Shown: in pieces, positions 52,702 through 64,000 of the stretch
Layout: each line of letters begins with the position of its first letter
Numbering within the stretch: the stretch's first letter is position 1
NCBI GenBank assembly: GCA_964016885.1
Contig: OZ024752.1
Location: 37,634,001-37,698,000, forward strand
Direction: 5' to 3'
Source: Eledone cirrhosa
Lineage: Eukaryota
DNA: 64,000 nucleotides
Translations under genes and position numbers: made by a program
The notes under the pieces: generated by a model
The model's input: the letters and a program-made list of their open reading frames with translations, nothing else
What the model was told of the DNA's origin: nothing
Databases searched by the model: none

Positions 52702-52872
52702 CAGATATGTCAAACATACGGCCCACGGGACGCATGTGGCCTGCACATAGTTTTTTACAGTGCTAAAATTTAAAAAAATTAGTTTTAATGTGCGCTGGTT
52801 GTCGTGTTTGGCCCTCAGACAGCACATATGTGACCCATGTGACCATAGGGGACCCTCAGTTTGACATGCCTG
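52702..52872. mobile_element. 171-bp hAT MITE with 8-bp TSD
   Basis: TSD CTTTAGAC at 52694-52701 and 52873-52880; TIRs CAGATATGTCAAAC / GTTTGACATGCCTG. Confidence 0.85.
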
Positions 52873-52943
52873 CTTTAGACTGAATCAGATGGTGGTGAGA
52901 AAGTTAAAGTTGGAAGAAATGGATATAAATCATTTCATTATTT

Positions 52944-53267
52944 CATTTTACGTCCACTTTTCCCTGCTGGCAAGGGTAGGACGGGAACTGATTCTGGTTT
53001 GATTTCTACAGCTGGATGCCCTTCCTAACACCAACCTCATTTACAGTGAGTGCTGGGTGCTTTTTTGCCGTGGCACCTCCACGACCACTTTGCAGTGGAA
53101 TGATAGGGACCCCAGTCCTATCATCTCATTTCTACAGCCGAGTAAACTGGAGCAATGTGAAATAAAGTGTCTTGCTCAAGGAAACAACACATCACCCGGT
53201 CTGAGAATTGAACTCACAACCTTTCGATTGCAAGGCCAATGCTCTAACCACTAAGCCATGTGCCTCC
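52944..53267 (-). mobile_element. Full-length CORE-like tRNA SINE with RTE-type tail (inverted partner of 50968-51288)
   Basis: High-identity reverse complement of 50968-51288; starts GGAGGCACATGGCTTAGTGG. Confidence 0.85.
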
Positions 53268-53980
53268 ATAAATGTTCAAACAATTTCCTAATCAAACAAA
53301 GGTTATCATGCTGATTGATAAGGTGGGAGAAAGTAAAACAATTAGAATTTATTTATGGTTTATGTGTGTGACAGGTGAGAATAATTAATTAGATTTGTAT
53401 TATTGATGATGTAAAAGAACATAATTGTTTCTTCTTTAGGCACAAGGCCAGCAATTACCCAGTGCATAAGAACATAATAGCTGCTGATTAGAATAATGAT
53501 TTAAACAGACAAATAAGTTTCTCAGTGGGGTGGAATATGGCCCATTATATTGATCCAAAATAGTTGACAGGTATCCAAAGTCGACCACAGTGGGATTTGA
53601 ACTCAGATCTTAAAGGTGCATAATATTACACTACAGGGTATATATTCTGGTACTAAACTGATGATGCTACTCACCAACTTCATAATAATAATAATGGTTT
53701 CTAACTTAGGCACAAGGCCAGCAATTTGAAAGGAAAGGGGAGTTGATTAAATTGACCCCAGTGCATTACTGGTACTTTATTTTAACAACCTTGGAAGGAT
53801 GAAAGGCAAAGTTAACCTCGGCGCAATTTGAACTCAGAATGTAAAGAGCCATAACTCTATGCTGTAAAGCATGTTGTCTGACACTATCAATACTGTCAAT
53901 CCATTGCCCGTATGATAATGATTTGTAACTTTGGCAGATGGACACTACATACATTTGACACCAAGGAATAGTCCATTTAA

Positions 53981-54257
53981 CCCCTTTGATACCAAACCAC
54001 CTAAAACTGCCCTTCGTTTTATGATACAGGGCTATTTGGTTTATATTAAAGTATATTTATCTAAAAACTTTCCATCATAATTTTATGTAAGAACATTTGT
54101 GAAGCTATGTTATAACTAAATCCCTCAAATTGTTATATTACTAAATCCCTCCAAATTCTTATATTACTAAATCCCTCCAAATTCTTGATTATTTTCAAAA
54201 TTAATTGAAAGATTTAGGCAGAGTCTTTCATTAGAAATATGGAAGATAACAAAAGGG
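53981..54257. mobile_element. piggyBac-like MITE (second family)
   Basis: TTAA|CCCCTTTGATACC ... GATAACAAAAGGG|TTAA. Confidence 0.55.
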
Positions 54258-55952
54258 TTAATGAAACCCAATACATGACCAGGCAAAGTCAACCACAACC
54301 AGATTTGAATTCACAATATAGAAAGAACATAACTAAATAAATACTGCAAGGTATTTTGTCTGGCACTCTACTGATTCTGCCATTCATTCTTGGCCCTTTT
54401 AATAATAATAATTGTTTCTACGTTAGGCACAAGGCCAGCAATTACCCAGTGCATTACTGGTACTTTATTTTATCGACCTCGTAAGGATGAAAGGCAAAGT
54501 TAACCTTGGCAGGATTTGAACTCAGAATAACAATAAATAATGATAATAGTAATAGCAAGTGTTGTCAAGTTAAGAAGAATGGAAAGATGGTTATTTAGGA
54601 ATAAAAGAGGTATATAAAAGCCTCAATGCCAGAAAGAACTTTTTATTGTTTAGTCCTAGGTAAACTTTGAACAAACAGACCCATAATGAATGGTGTTCCA
54701 ACTATGACTACCCTGTCTTTTTTGTGTTTTTTTTCAAATTACATATTTTAGCCCATGCACTCTTGTTACTAAGTAAGCTAGTTTTGATAGATCGAGTGAC
54801 TGCATAAATAAACACTCTGAATTATGAAGTGGGGGATAACAGCATACTTAAAATGAGAGAACCTTACTGGGAGGTAAAACTGGTGGAAGCGAAGGTGTAA
54901 AGGGAGGAAAGGGTGGAGAAGAAAAACAAGATTCTAATATATAAGAAGATTTAAATAACTTGTGCAATGATAACTAGAGATACCACTTGCTGGAGAATGT
55001 CAACGTTATAAGGCGCTGCTGAAATGTCAAGAAACAGCAAAGTCAAGAAATATAAAATTAAACAAATATAAGTAACAAGAGTTGGTTAAGAGTAATATGT
55101 AAAGAGTTGGCTGAATAAATACTTAGAATATTTTATAAATAGTACTGAGAAATTAGTGTAGGTGTGTGGCTTAATGGTAAGGGTGTTAGGCTTATGATCA
55201 TAATGTTGTGAGTTCAATTCCCGGACTGGGTGGTGTGTTGTGTTCTTGAACAAAAACACTTCATTTCATGTTGTTCCATTATACTCAGCTGAAAATGAGT
55301 ACCAGCTATAGCTGGGGGTTTAACCCTGTAATGGACTCGATGCCAGTTCAGAGGGAAGTATTGATCTCTTAGTTGCTTCACGCTACAGAAACTGGAATAA
55401 GCAACAGACTGATGAGTCTCCAGGCTTGAGACAGACTTTAGACTGAGAAATAAGTTGGCTTTTTTTGTTTTTTTTTGGCTTTTTACTTTTTAAAACTATT
55501 CTGTATTGAAGAGAGCACATTTGTCTTTCTACAACTTCCCTTGTTCCTTTGTACTGTTTTTATAGCATGCTAGCAGGAAAGGGACACTATAATTGTCTTC
55601 CACGACTCTCTCACTGTGCAGTCAATACTGAGAGAGAGAGAAGTGGGAGAGAAGTATCCACCCCAGTACTTAACTGGTACTTTATTTATCAGCCATAGAA
55701 GGATAAAAGGTGAAGTTGACCCCCAGTGGGATTTTAAACTGAGCCAAAATATTTGAAATTAATCAGTTAATGCTAATATCAACATCAAAAGCTTTGTTAA
55801 TATTTGTTCTCAAATGTAGCTATGAGATTAATCAAATATGCCTGATATGTAGCTAGACTGTAAATGCAAGTTTTCCTTTTGTTATCTGCTGGTTTATATT
55901 CAAGGATTTAACTAATAACTATGTATTTTATTATTATTATATGTTTCCTGGT

Positions 55953-56141
55953 AAGGGCGGAGGATTCGCAGTATCGGTAGAGGGTTGGACGCCATGCTTT
56001 GACGCATAGAGTTACGGTCCTTGCCATTCTGAGTTCAAATCGTGCCGAGGTTAACTTTGCCTTTCATCCTTTCGGGGTCGATAAAATAAAGTACCAGTAA
56101 TACACTGGGTAATTGCTGGCCTTGTGCCAAATGTAGAAACA
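55953..56141 (+). mobile_element. Full-length Meta-type octopus SINE with 17-bp TSD
   Basis: ATTATATGTTTCCTGGT at 55936-55952 and 56142-56158 brackets a complete copy. Confidence 0.9.
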
Positions 56142-56996
56142 ATTATATGTTTCCTGGTGAAATAATATCAAATCAAATATGGGATTGCCAGATTTTATCA
56201 CATTTTCAGGTGATATGAAGCAAAAGTTAAAATATTCATTTCGCACATTTTGAATACAGTAAGATATTTTTAATTTTGTATTTTAAAATTAAATAGGAAA
56301 TGATTTGTAGATAATAATCTGGGTGTAATGTTTGCTAAAATGAAATGGGGTTAAAATCAAAATATACTGTATATATAGCTAAATAAACTATAGCTTTAGG
56401 GTCACACACCCTCCAGGGCTTTATTTTAAAAAATATATTTTTATTTTATTGTTAGTTTTTATTCTTTAACACTAAATCATCAATATATATATATATATCA
56501 TTAACATTAATATAAAAAATAATATTTTTTTAGAGAAGAGCTTAGATTAGGGCCTCAGCAGGTAAAAGTTTCGCCCTGAATCTGTATAGTAATATACATA
56601 AAATATTATTCTTTAGGCTTAATTCCATTTCTTTTCTTCCTTATCCCTCTCTGTCTTCATTCTATTTACTTTATAGTAACAGTCAAATAATTTTAATTAC
56701 AGAATATTGTATAACCAGCCCTCTAAAATTATATATAACCCAGTTCATTCCATCCCTCTCTAGTTATTTTATTATAACTCTTCTAACTAGTCATTATTTT
56801 CTTTAACCTTCTTAATAATGGTATAGCCTTGACCTTCTAAAGGAAACAGTTATTTTTTCTCAAATCACACCATACATACTTTTTAAAGAAAATAAAAAAA
56901 AATAATGATTAATTAGATATTTTAGATAACATAGTTTAAAATAAACTGTCTTTGAAAAGACAGATGTACATGACTGGAATGTCTTTCGGTCACAGA

Positions 56997-57290
56997 TCAT
57001 CATCATCATCATCATCATCAGCGTTTAACGTCCGTGTTCCACGCTTGCATGGGTTTGGACGGGGGTAGTCCCACTTGAGGCAAGAGTGATTGTCTTGCTC
57101 GCATAGGACTGTCTGGCAGGTTTTCTACAGTTGGATGCCCTTCCTAACACCAACCACATTTACAGTGTGGGTCTGGGAGGTTTTTACCGTGTTGCCTACA
57201 CGGCCACATTACAGCGTGGACTGTGTGTTTTTTTGTCGTGACACCTACACGATCTCATTTGTTTCGGCCTCGATGGCGCGGCACCAACAT
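56997..57290 (-). mobile_element. SINE/RTE-tail-type repeat
   Basis: (CAT)n, GTTTAACGTCC, TTCTACAGTTGGATGCCCTTCCTAACACCAACC; shares the GTTAGGAAGGGCATCC motif with 52944-53267. Confidence 0.6.
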
Positions 57291-58079
57291 AACTTTACAT
57301 AGAACGGGGTGGTGTGGATCGGGTGGGGGTGGTGGGACGGGGTGTATTTGTTAGAGATGCCTACTGGCTGGAGTAGGTTTTACTATATATTTAGGTAAGG
57401 CGGGTCTTCTCTGTTACTGAGTACCGCCAGATGTTTTCAATAATTCTTATCCTGGGGCTAAACAGTAACAACAACCATCAAAATAAGAAAGAGATAGTTC
57501 AGATTTTGTGATACATTGTCTACAATGCCTAGAAAAATAATTGCCTAATAAAATTCAACTAGTGACTGTTGTATATATTATACTTCAAAATGACCTGAAT
57601 ACATAAGGGTTCTGAATGAAAGCAGGGTTGTCAAGGTTATGACAAAACATAATCAGCTACTAAAGAAAGAGAAGTTGAAAACCATTAAGCTTTAAATTCA
57701 GAATTGCACCTGACAACTTATTGCCTTTGTGGTTGAAATGTTTAAATAAAGCAAACAATTCAAGACATTGTGCATAACTCCATTGCAATGTTTCCATTCT
57801 ACAATGTTTGTATTACTAATGCTGCAATGTTTTCAATACTAAGAAAATACCTACTCTATTACTATAGTAGTTTTGTAGGAGCAACACACGGTCATCTGAT
57901 CTGACTTGTCTAACCCATACTAGCATGGAAAAATTAATGTTAAATAGTGTTGGTGATGATGATGATAATACATACTTTATATAGTAATCACAGAACATAT
58001 ATATTCTATATATTAAACACAGAACATATATACTGTATATATTATATTATATTATATTGAATTGTACCTAAATGCAAGC

Positions 58080-58433
58080 TACAAGGGTCGGCTGAAAAGT
58101 TCATAGACTGACCATGATACTCTCATGGAATGACCAAATGAGGTTTATTTTTCAACATAGTCCCTGGAAAGAAACAATGCAGTTATCAATAATTATAAGA
58201 GTTGAAATTAATGCATGCAAGATTTCACAGCTCTCACATCACTTCTTCATAAGCTGACCAAGATACTCTCATGGAATGACCAAATGAGGTTTATTTTTCA
58301 ACATAGTCCCTAGAAAGAAACAATGTAGTTATTAGTAATAAATAAAAAAGTTGAAATCAATGCATGCAAGATTTCACAGCTCCAGCATCACTCCTTCATA
58401 GTCAGCCAATGAACTTTCCAGCCGACCCTTGTA
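58080..58433 (+). mobile_element. Complete mariner-type MITE with two internal units
   Basis: TACAAGGGTCGGCTGAAAAGTTCATAGACTGAC ... GTCAGCCAATGAACTTTCCAGCCGACCCTTGTA (TA-flanked ~31-bp TIRs). Confidence 0.85.
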
Positions 58434-58827
58434 CAGTAAACAACTTCAAACTTATCTTTTTCTTTTCTTTTCAATGATTGTGAAATGTGCAATTTTGAAA
58501 TGAAACCCATCCAGCATTTGATGAAGTTTTGTCAGAATTTTTAATATATTTGCCTTGAGTTCATAAGCCCTTTGATTACTTTTCATAATTTGCATGGTTG
58601 AATCAGTCCTTTCATGCTGATAAAACTCTCTCTTGCTTTTTAGCATGGACTTCTGTAGATTAGTATGATCATAATGCATTCTTCACTCTCCTACACTGCA
58701 TTGCATGTGTGTTTATATATATATATATATTAGGATTGGTGCTCTGAAATAGCGATGTATACATGTACACATATATATATATATGTATATATATATAGTT
58801 GAGCATTCTTCAGGCTTAAAACCTCTT

Positions 58828-58869
<42 letters not shown>

Positions 58870-58952
58870 AAAAGGTAAACAAATAACAACACAATCGGTA
58901 CCGTATATGGAAGGTATATATTAGGTTAACGCTTGATATAGCAGGAAGAGGG

Positions 58953-58988
58953 TCTTAACGTTTCGGAAGCTAGTCCTTCATCAGAAGA
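58953..58988 (-). ncRNA. Minimal type-I hammerhead ribozyme motif (second family)
   Basis: - strand: UCUU CUGAUGA A GGA-CUAGCU-UCC GAAA CG UU AAGA. Palindromic ACGU stem III and GUU triplet. Confidence 0.65.
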
Positions 58989-60293
58989 AAGAATGAGAAA
59001 TAAGATAGATTGAGGGGACGGGTGGGTTGGAATTGGAAAATATGTCTTTTAGATAAAAATAACAGGTCCATTCATGTTAACATCTCAGGTATTTTTATTG
59101 AGTATCGATCTGTTATGCACATTTTGCAGATGATTAGCTCAAGGTTACCTATGGAAACTATATGGACCTATCTCTAGCATCGATCTGCATATCAGACCTT
59201 GAGCCAATCATGTGGAACACATGTAACAGGTCAAACCATGCTTGAGAACACCTTCAGTTAAATGCATAAACATTTCTTTTGATTACGATAAACAAAAACA
59301 TGTGTCCTCAAGAATTGTTTGTTAATTGTCTCTCTCTCTCTATATATATACATATCATTGAAACACAAAAGGTGTAGGAATATGTAGTCAAAGAATGTAT
59401 GTAAAACATTGCAACACTCATTGTTTATCAAAAGAAATGTTTCTGTATTTAAACTGGCTGTATCCTGTCAGAATTATCTCATCTCTTTCTGTTCAAACCG
59501 GCCATAATTGACCGCTAATACTGATGTTATGGTATTGTTCTCAAAATAAATAATAGCAAAATCTCATAGATTTGATATTATGTAAGATAAAACATTTACC
59601 ATGAAAATACAATAGTAAATATAGAGTAATGTAAATGGTAAAGGGTTAAATGAAGAATAATTCCACTTTGATTTGGATCTTTTTTCATATTGTTGAGATA
59701 CAGCAGAGATGTTACAGAAAGTCACATTGGATAATTTAGTCTTACATAGATTATGATGAAAAAAGATGACATGATCATAACTAGATGGAATACCTCTGAT
59801 CATAGCTCTACTTTATCGGGAATATACCTTTCTACTTAATCAAGGATATGCCTTTCACAAGCAAGCACTCTTCACAGAATAGTGGTGAAACATTTTGCTC
59901 AACTTATGAACAGTCAGTAGTTTTCCTGCTCAATAAATCAGACCCATATACCACCCTTATATATGATGACTAATAGAAAGAATGACTAAAAGGAAAAAAA
60001 TAGTAATTATCTCAGCAATATTGATTTCTTACCTTGGAAGTAGACAGCCTCTGGCTTTTAAAGTTTCAGACACCATCCAAGAGAAATTACTTACCACAGC
60101 CTTCATTTTTTTTTTGCTTTTTTTTACTGGCATCACCAACATAAAGGTTTTAGTTGATCATATCAACCTTAATACTTTGTCTGGTGTTTATTTTGTTGAC
60201 CTAGTAACAAAGGCAACCAAAGTTGACCTGAAGATGTAACTGGTACGATAAAAAAGTACCACGCGACTCATCAATTCTGCAATCCCTCGATAC

Positions 60294-60330
<37 letters not shown>

Positions 60331-60374
60331 CAATGATATTAAATAAATGGAAACTATATTTATAAAACCATATT

Positions 60375-60439
60375 TATTTTATTATATATATTTCAAGGGT
60401 AACCAAGACAACATTGGTACGCTTTCATCAGATAAAATA
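60375..60439 (-). ncRNA. Minimal type-I hammerhead ribozyme motif
   Basis: - strand: UAUUUUAU CUGAUGA AAGCGUACCAA-UGUUGUC-UUGGUUACCCUU GAAA UAUAUAUA AUAAAAUA, with a perfect 8-bp stem I. Confidence 0.72.
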
Positions 60440-60512
60440 CACAGTTTGTTTTATAAATAGAGACGTACCCATGAAAATCATACCTTATCAGTTGGAAATT
60501 CACTGGATAGTG

Positions 60513-60554
<42 letters not shown>

Positions 60555-60717
60555 GGCAAGACTTCTGTAGTTTACACCTACTAAATATCATTTCACTGTA
60601 ATGTGGCTGGTGTTAGGAAAGTCATCTAGCTGTAGAAATCAAGCCAAAATACAGATCCGTATAAGCAAGACGTGGTCTCATAATGTGGCAAGTGTAGAAA
60701 ATTAGACATTAAATAAT

Positions 60718-60906
60718 TGTTTCTACTTTTGGCACAAGGCCAGCAATTACCCAGTGCATTACTGGTACTTTATTTTATCGACCCCGTAAGGATGAAAGGC
60801 AAAGTTAACCTCGGCGGGATTTGAACTCAGAATGGCAAGGGCCGTAACTCTATGCGTCAAAGCATGGTGTCCGACCCTCTACCGATACTGCCAATCCACC
60901 GTCCCT
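60718..60906 (-). mobile_element. Full-length Meta-type octopus SINE with 13-bp TSD
   Basis: GACATTAAATAAT at 60705-60717 and 60907-60919 flanks a complete copy. Confidence 0.9.
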
Positions 60907-61310
60907 GACATTAAATAATGATGATATATATCTCACTTGATGTGCATATATATATTCCACACTGTAATGTGGTTGGTGTTAGGAAGGGTATCCAACTGTA
61001 GAAACTTGGCCATATGAGCGAGACATGGTCTCCAAACTCAACTTGTCTCATAATGTGACAACCAATCTAACCCAGGCAAGCGTGGAAAAATAGATTTTAA
61101 ATGATGATGTTGATCACTCCAAAGCTGTAGTAGAAGACACTTGCCCAAGGTACCACACCGTGGGATTAACCCACAAGACTTTGATCAACCCAAAGCTATG
61201 ATAGAAGACACTTGCTTTAGATGTCACTACACACAAAGATTGAGCCTGAAACCACATTTGTGAAATAAACTTCTTAATCCCACAACAAAGAAAATTGAAG
61301 TGATTCCCTT

Positions 61311-61507
61311 TTAACCCTTTAACATTCACATTACTCTATATATACTATTATATTTTAATGATAAAGGCTTTACCTCACATAATATCGAATCTATGAGATT
61401 TTGAAAGTATTTATTTTGAAAACAATACCTTTGAGCAGCCAGTTACAGAGCCAGTTTCAACAGAAAGAGGTAGAGAATTCTGGCTGGTTTGAACACTAAA
61501 GCATTAA
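61311..61507. mobile_element. piggyBac-like MITE (family of 20702-20899)
   Basis: TTAACCCTTTAACATTCACATTACTCTATA ... AATTCTGGC..GGTTTGAACACTAAAGCATTAA; colinear with 20698-20903. Confidence 0.65.
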
Positions 61508-64000
61508 TTGTTGTAGCTCATTAAGTTCAGCACTACCTGTTATCTACCATTCTCATATTTCTAAGATTAAATACTCAAAAGGATCAATTTTAAAAAATTT
61601 CCCTTTTTATTTAAAATATACTATACTTTGTGAAGGTTCATGGATTAGGTGTTAGAGAATTGGGCTTACAATTGTGAGTTTGATTCCCAGGCCCTAGTGC
61701 CTTTTTCTTTTTTTTAGGGAAAAATAATACAAGGCCTATCTTATAATGAGGGGCAACACAGTATTATATTTATTCCTATAAATTTCAGTATCATTTTATC
61801 TCAATCCACTACAAGGTTTAATATACTCATTCCTACTATCTTTTGACATATTTCAGTGTCATTTAGAAGAACACTCCTAAATCCAACATTGTTTCACTAG
61901 TTGTTTATTTGAGCATAAAATTCCTTAAATGTTAAGTTTCATCCTTTGTACTCTGATTAATAACCCCACCTTTATCAAGGGTTGGACAGGTCTACATTAA
62001 CCAAGTTAGTACTGAAGTGGGGCTACTGACCTCCCAGGCAGGCCAGAGATCTACATCTAATTGATGTATGGTCTCACATTCTACTGAGTGCACAGGAAAG
62101 GCTGTCATATCTTTGACACAACTGAAGGGTCCTCACAACAGCTTTGTGCAGCTGGATACCCTTCCTATCACCATTACATTTATTTTGTGCTGACATGGGT
62201 GGGATGGGTTGTCATGGGTCTGAGACTACACAGGTTTAAGAACCACATCTTGATCAGATGTTCCATTTTTGACTATGATTTCCACAGCTGGATACCCTCC
62301 CTGATACCAACCTCTTTACAGGATGTACTGAGGTTACTGGTTGCAGTTTATCATTTCACCAGCATTTGAGGATTCAACAGTCAATCATTTCGTATTTTCA
62401 TATTGATTTTCAAAATTATTCTATTAATATTATGGATACTATGCTCAAAGTAGAAATACATTTTTATTTTTGTATCTCACTTGTTCACTTAACCATGTTT
62501 TGACAAACATTTTGGTTTTCCTGTTAAATGTCTAAATATTTGAGTCATTGTTAATAATAGAAGTTTTCAGACTATTGATTTCTTCTTTAGAAATAAAATT
62601 GGTTTTAATATTTATAGTGGGTGTGATTTGCTGATTGCCCAGTGATCAAAATCGTGGATTTTGCATGTAGTTATATCACATTTATTTATTAGAATTATGT
62701 TAAAACTATGATTCTATGAGTGGGATTTTTAAAATAATTTTACATCTACTTTCCCATGCTGTCATGGATTGAATGGGAGTTTTAAGGCCAAATGTCTTTT
62801 CTCGCACCAAACCTTTTACCAGCATACAGGTGTGTGTATGTATATTTATCTGAAATACTAGCAGTTGGTACTTTATAAGAAAAATAACTCAATACATAAG
62901 AGTGTGTATTTTTAATGGGGGAAGGGGTACAATTCCTGACAATGAGGTGATAATCAGAAGTCTAATGATTCTCAGCTGAGATGAAAATGGTCAGTCCCTG
63001 TAAGAAATTGTACCTTCAATTCTATCAGATTGTGTGTGTATATAATATATATACACACACAATCTGTGTACATGTGTGTGTGTATCTGTGTAAAAATCCT
63101 CCTCAGTTGAAAATGTCCTCTTAGATTAAAAGGGCAGTCAATCCCAAAATGTGAGATTCCTCTTCACTGTATGACATACCAATACTTATGAATTTCACTG
63201 TATAATTTGTTTCATCACAGATCATTACTAATCTCCACAGACTATTTCTTATATAATGTGTGTGTGTATTTTTAGAGTGTATCAAAAAGAATCATCCGAT
63301 TTCAAAAGGCTATATTTTTTAAACAAATGACCATATAATCATGCAGTGACTTGCACAATACATATCTGAATATAAAGTTTTATTCTTTTTTATAACTTTT
63401 ATAAAGTTAAACATATTTTCTTTCCATATATGGAGTTACTATCAGTTCAATAGCATCATTGTTAACAATCCCAAGGGAGTTCAGATTGGTTGACCCCTAA
63501 AGTTAACTCCTGTGGAACAGCATAAGAATCTGTAGAACAATCTAGAAGGTCACCAGGCATTTGTTGTCTCATGTGAGAAAAGGAAATCAGGACCAGGTGG
63601 GTAGAGCATAAAGTATAATTTAAAAGAATAGAGAAAAAGGATGATCAGGTGTATTTTTTTTCCTAACCACTCATATTCATTCTTTTTTTCCAGGTGTCTG
63701 TGTATATTTACACACAAACATAGTTTAACTTATGTCAAAGTCTCCATGGAGGGGAAGGTGCAGGTCAAACAAATTAATACGAGAGAAATAAATGTCTCCT
63801 ATATAAATGACAATTTTTGTCTTTTTCACTGTTGGTTATGTGTGTGTGTGTGTGTGCATATATATTTGCGTGTGCCTGTGTAATGTGAGAGTGTGCGCGC
63901 GCGCATGTATATCACTGTCATTCTTTTCTAAAATATCTTCAGAAACAATGTTTTCACTGGAGCCATGCTCGCCTCTCTCACTTGGAAATAGTATGGGGAA

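Noticed and set aside
48427-64000. Tropomyosin exon 3 and later exons
   Set aside because: I could not find an ..LNRRIQLLEEDLERSEERL-type sequence by eye; presumably beyond the window, though a miss cannot be excluded.

Overview
AT-rich, microsatellite-dense eukaryotic DNA, almost certainly from an octopus: the tropomyosin exons closely match octopus muscle tropomyosin as I recall it, and the SINE families look cephalopod-typical. The only well-supported host gene is the 5' part of a + strand tropomyosin gene. It has canonical exon 1 (38566-38679, aa 1-38) and exon 2 (39498-39623, aa 39-80). Inside intron 2 is a 198-codon alternative first coding exon (47833-48426) encoding a disordered, poly-lysine N-terminal extension, preceded by a compact GC-box/CRE/CArG/2xMCAT promoter. 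I did not find exon 3 onward, so the gene probably continues past the window. The rest is repeat-derived: at least three tRNA-derived SINE families, RTE-clade LINE 3' fragments, and mariner-, piggyBac-, hAT- and Helitron-type non-autonomous elements, several with clear target-site duplications (TSDs) or internal tandem arrays. Short Penelope-like element ends sit next to (TA)n/(CA)n tracts; they carry minimal type-I hammerhead ribozyme motifs and sometimes form long fold-back palindromes. Most ORFs in the supplied track are microsatellite artefacts. All family names come from motif recognition, not database searches.
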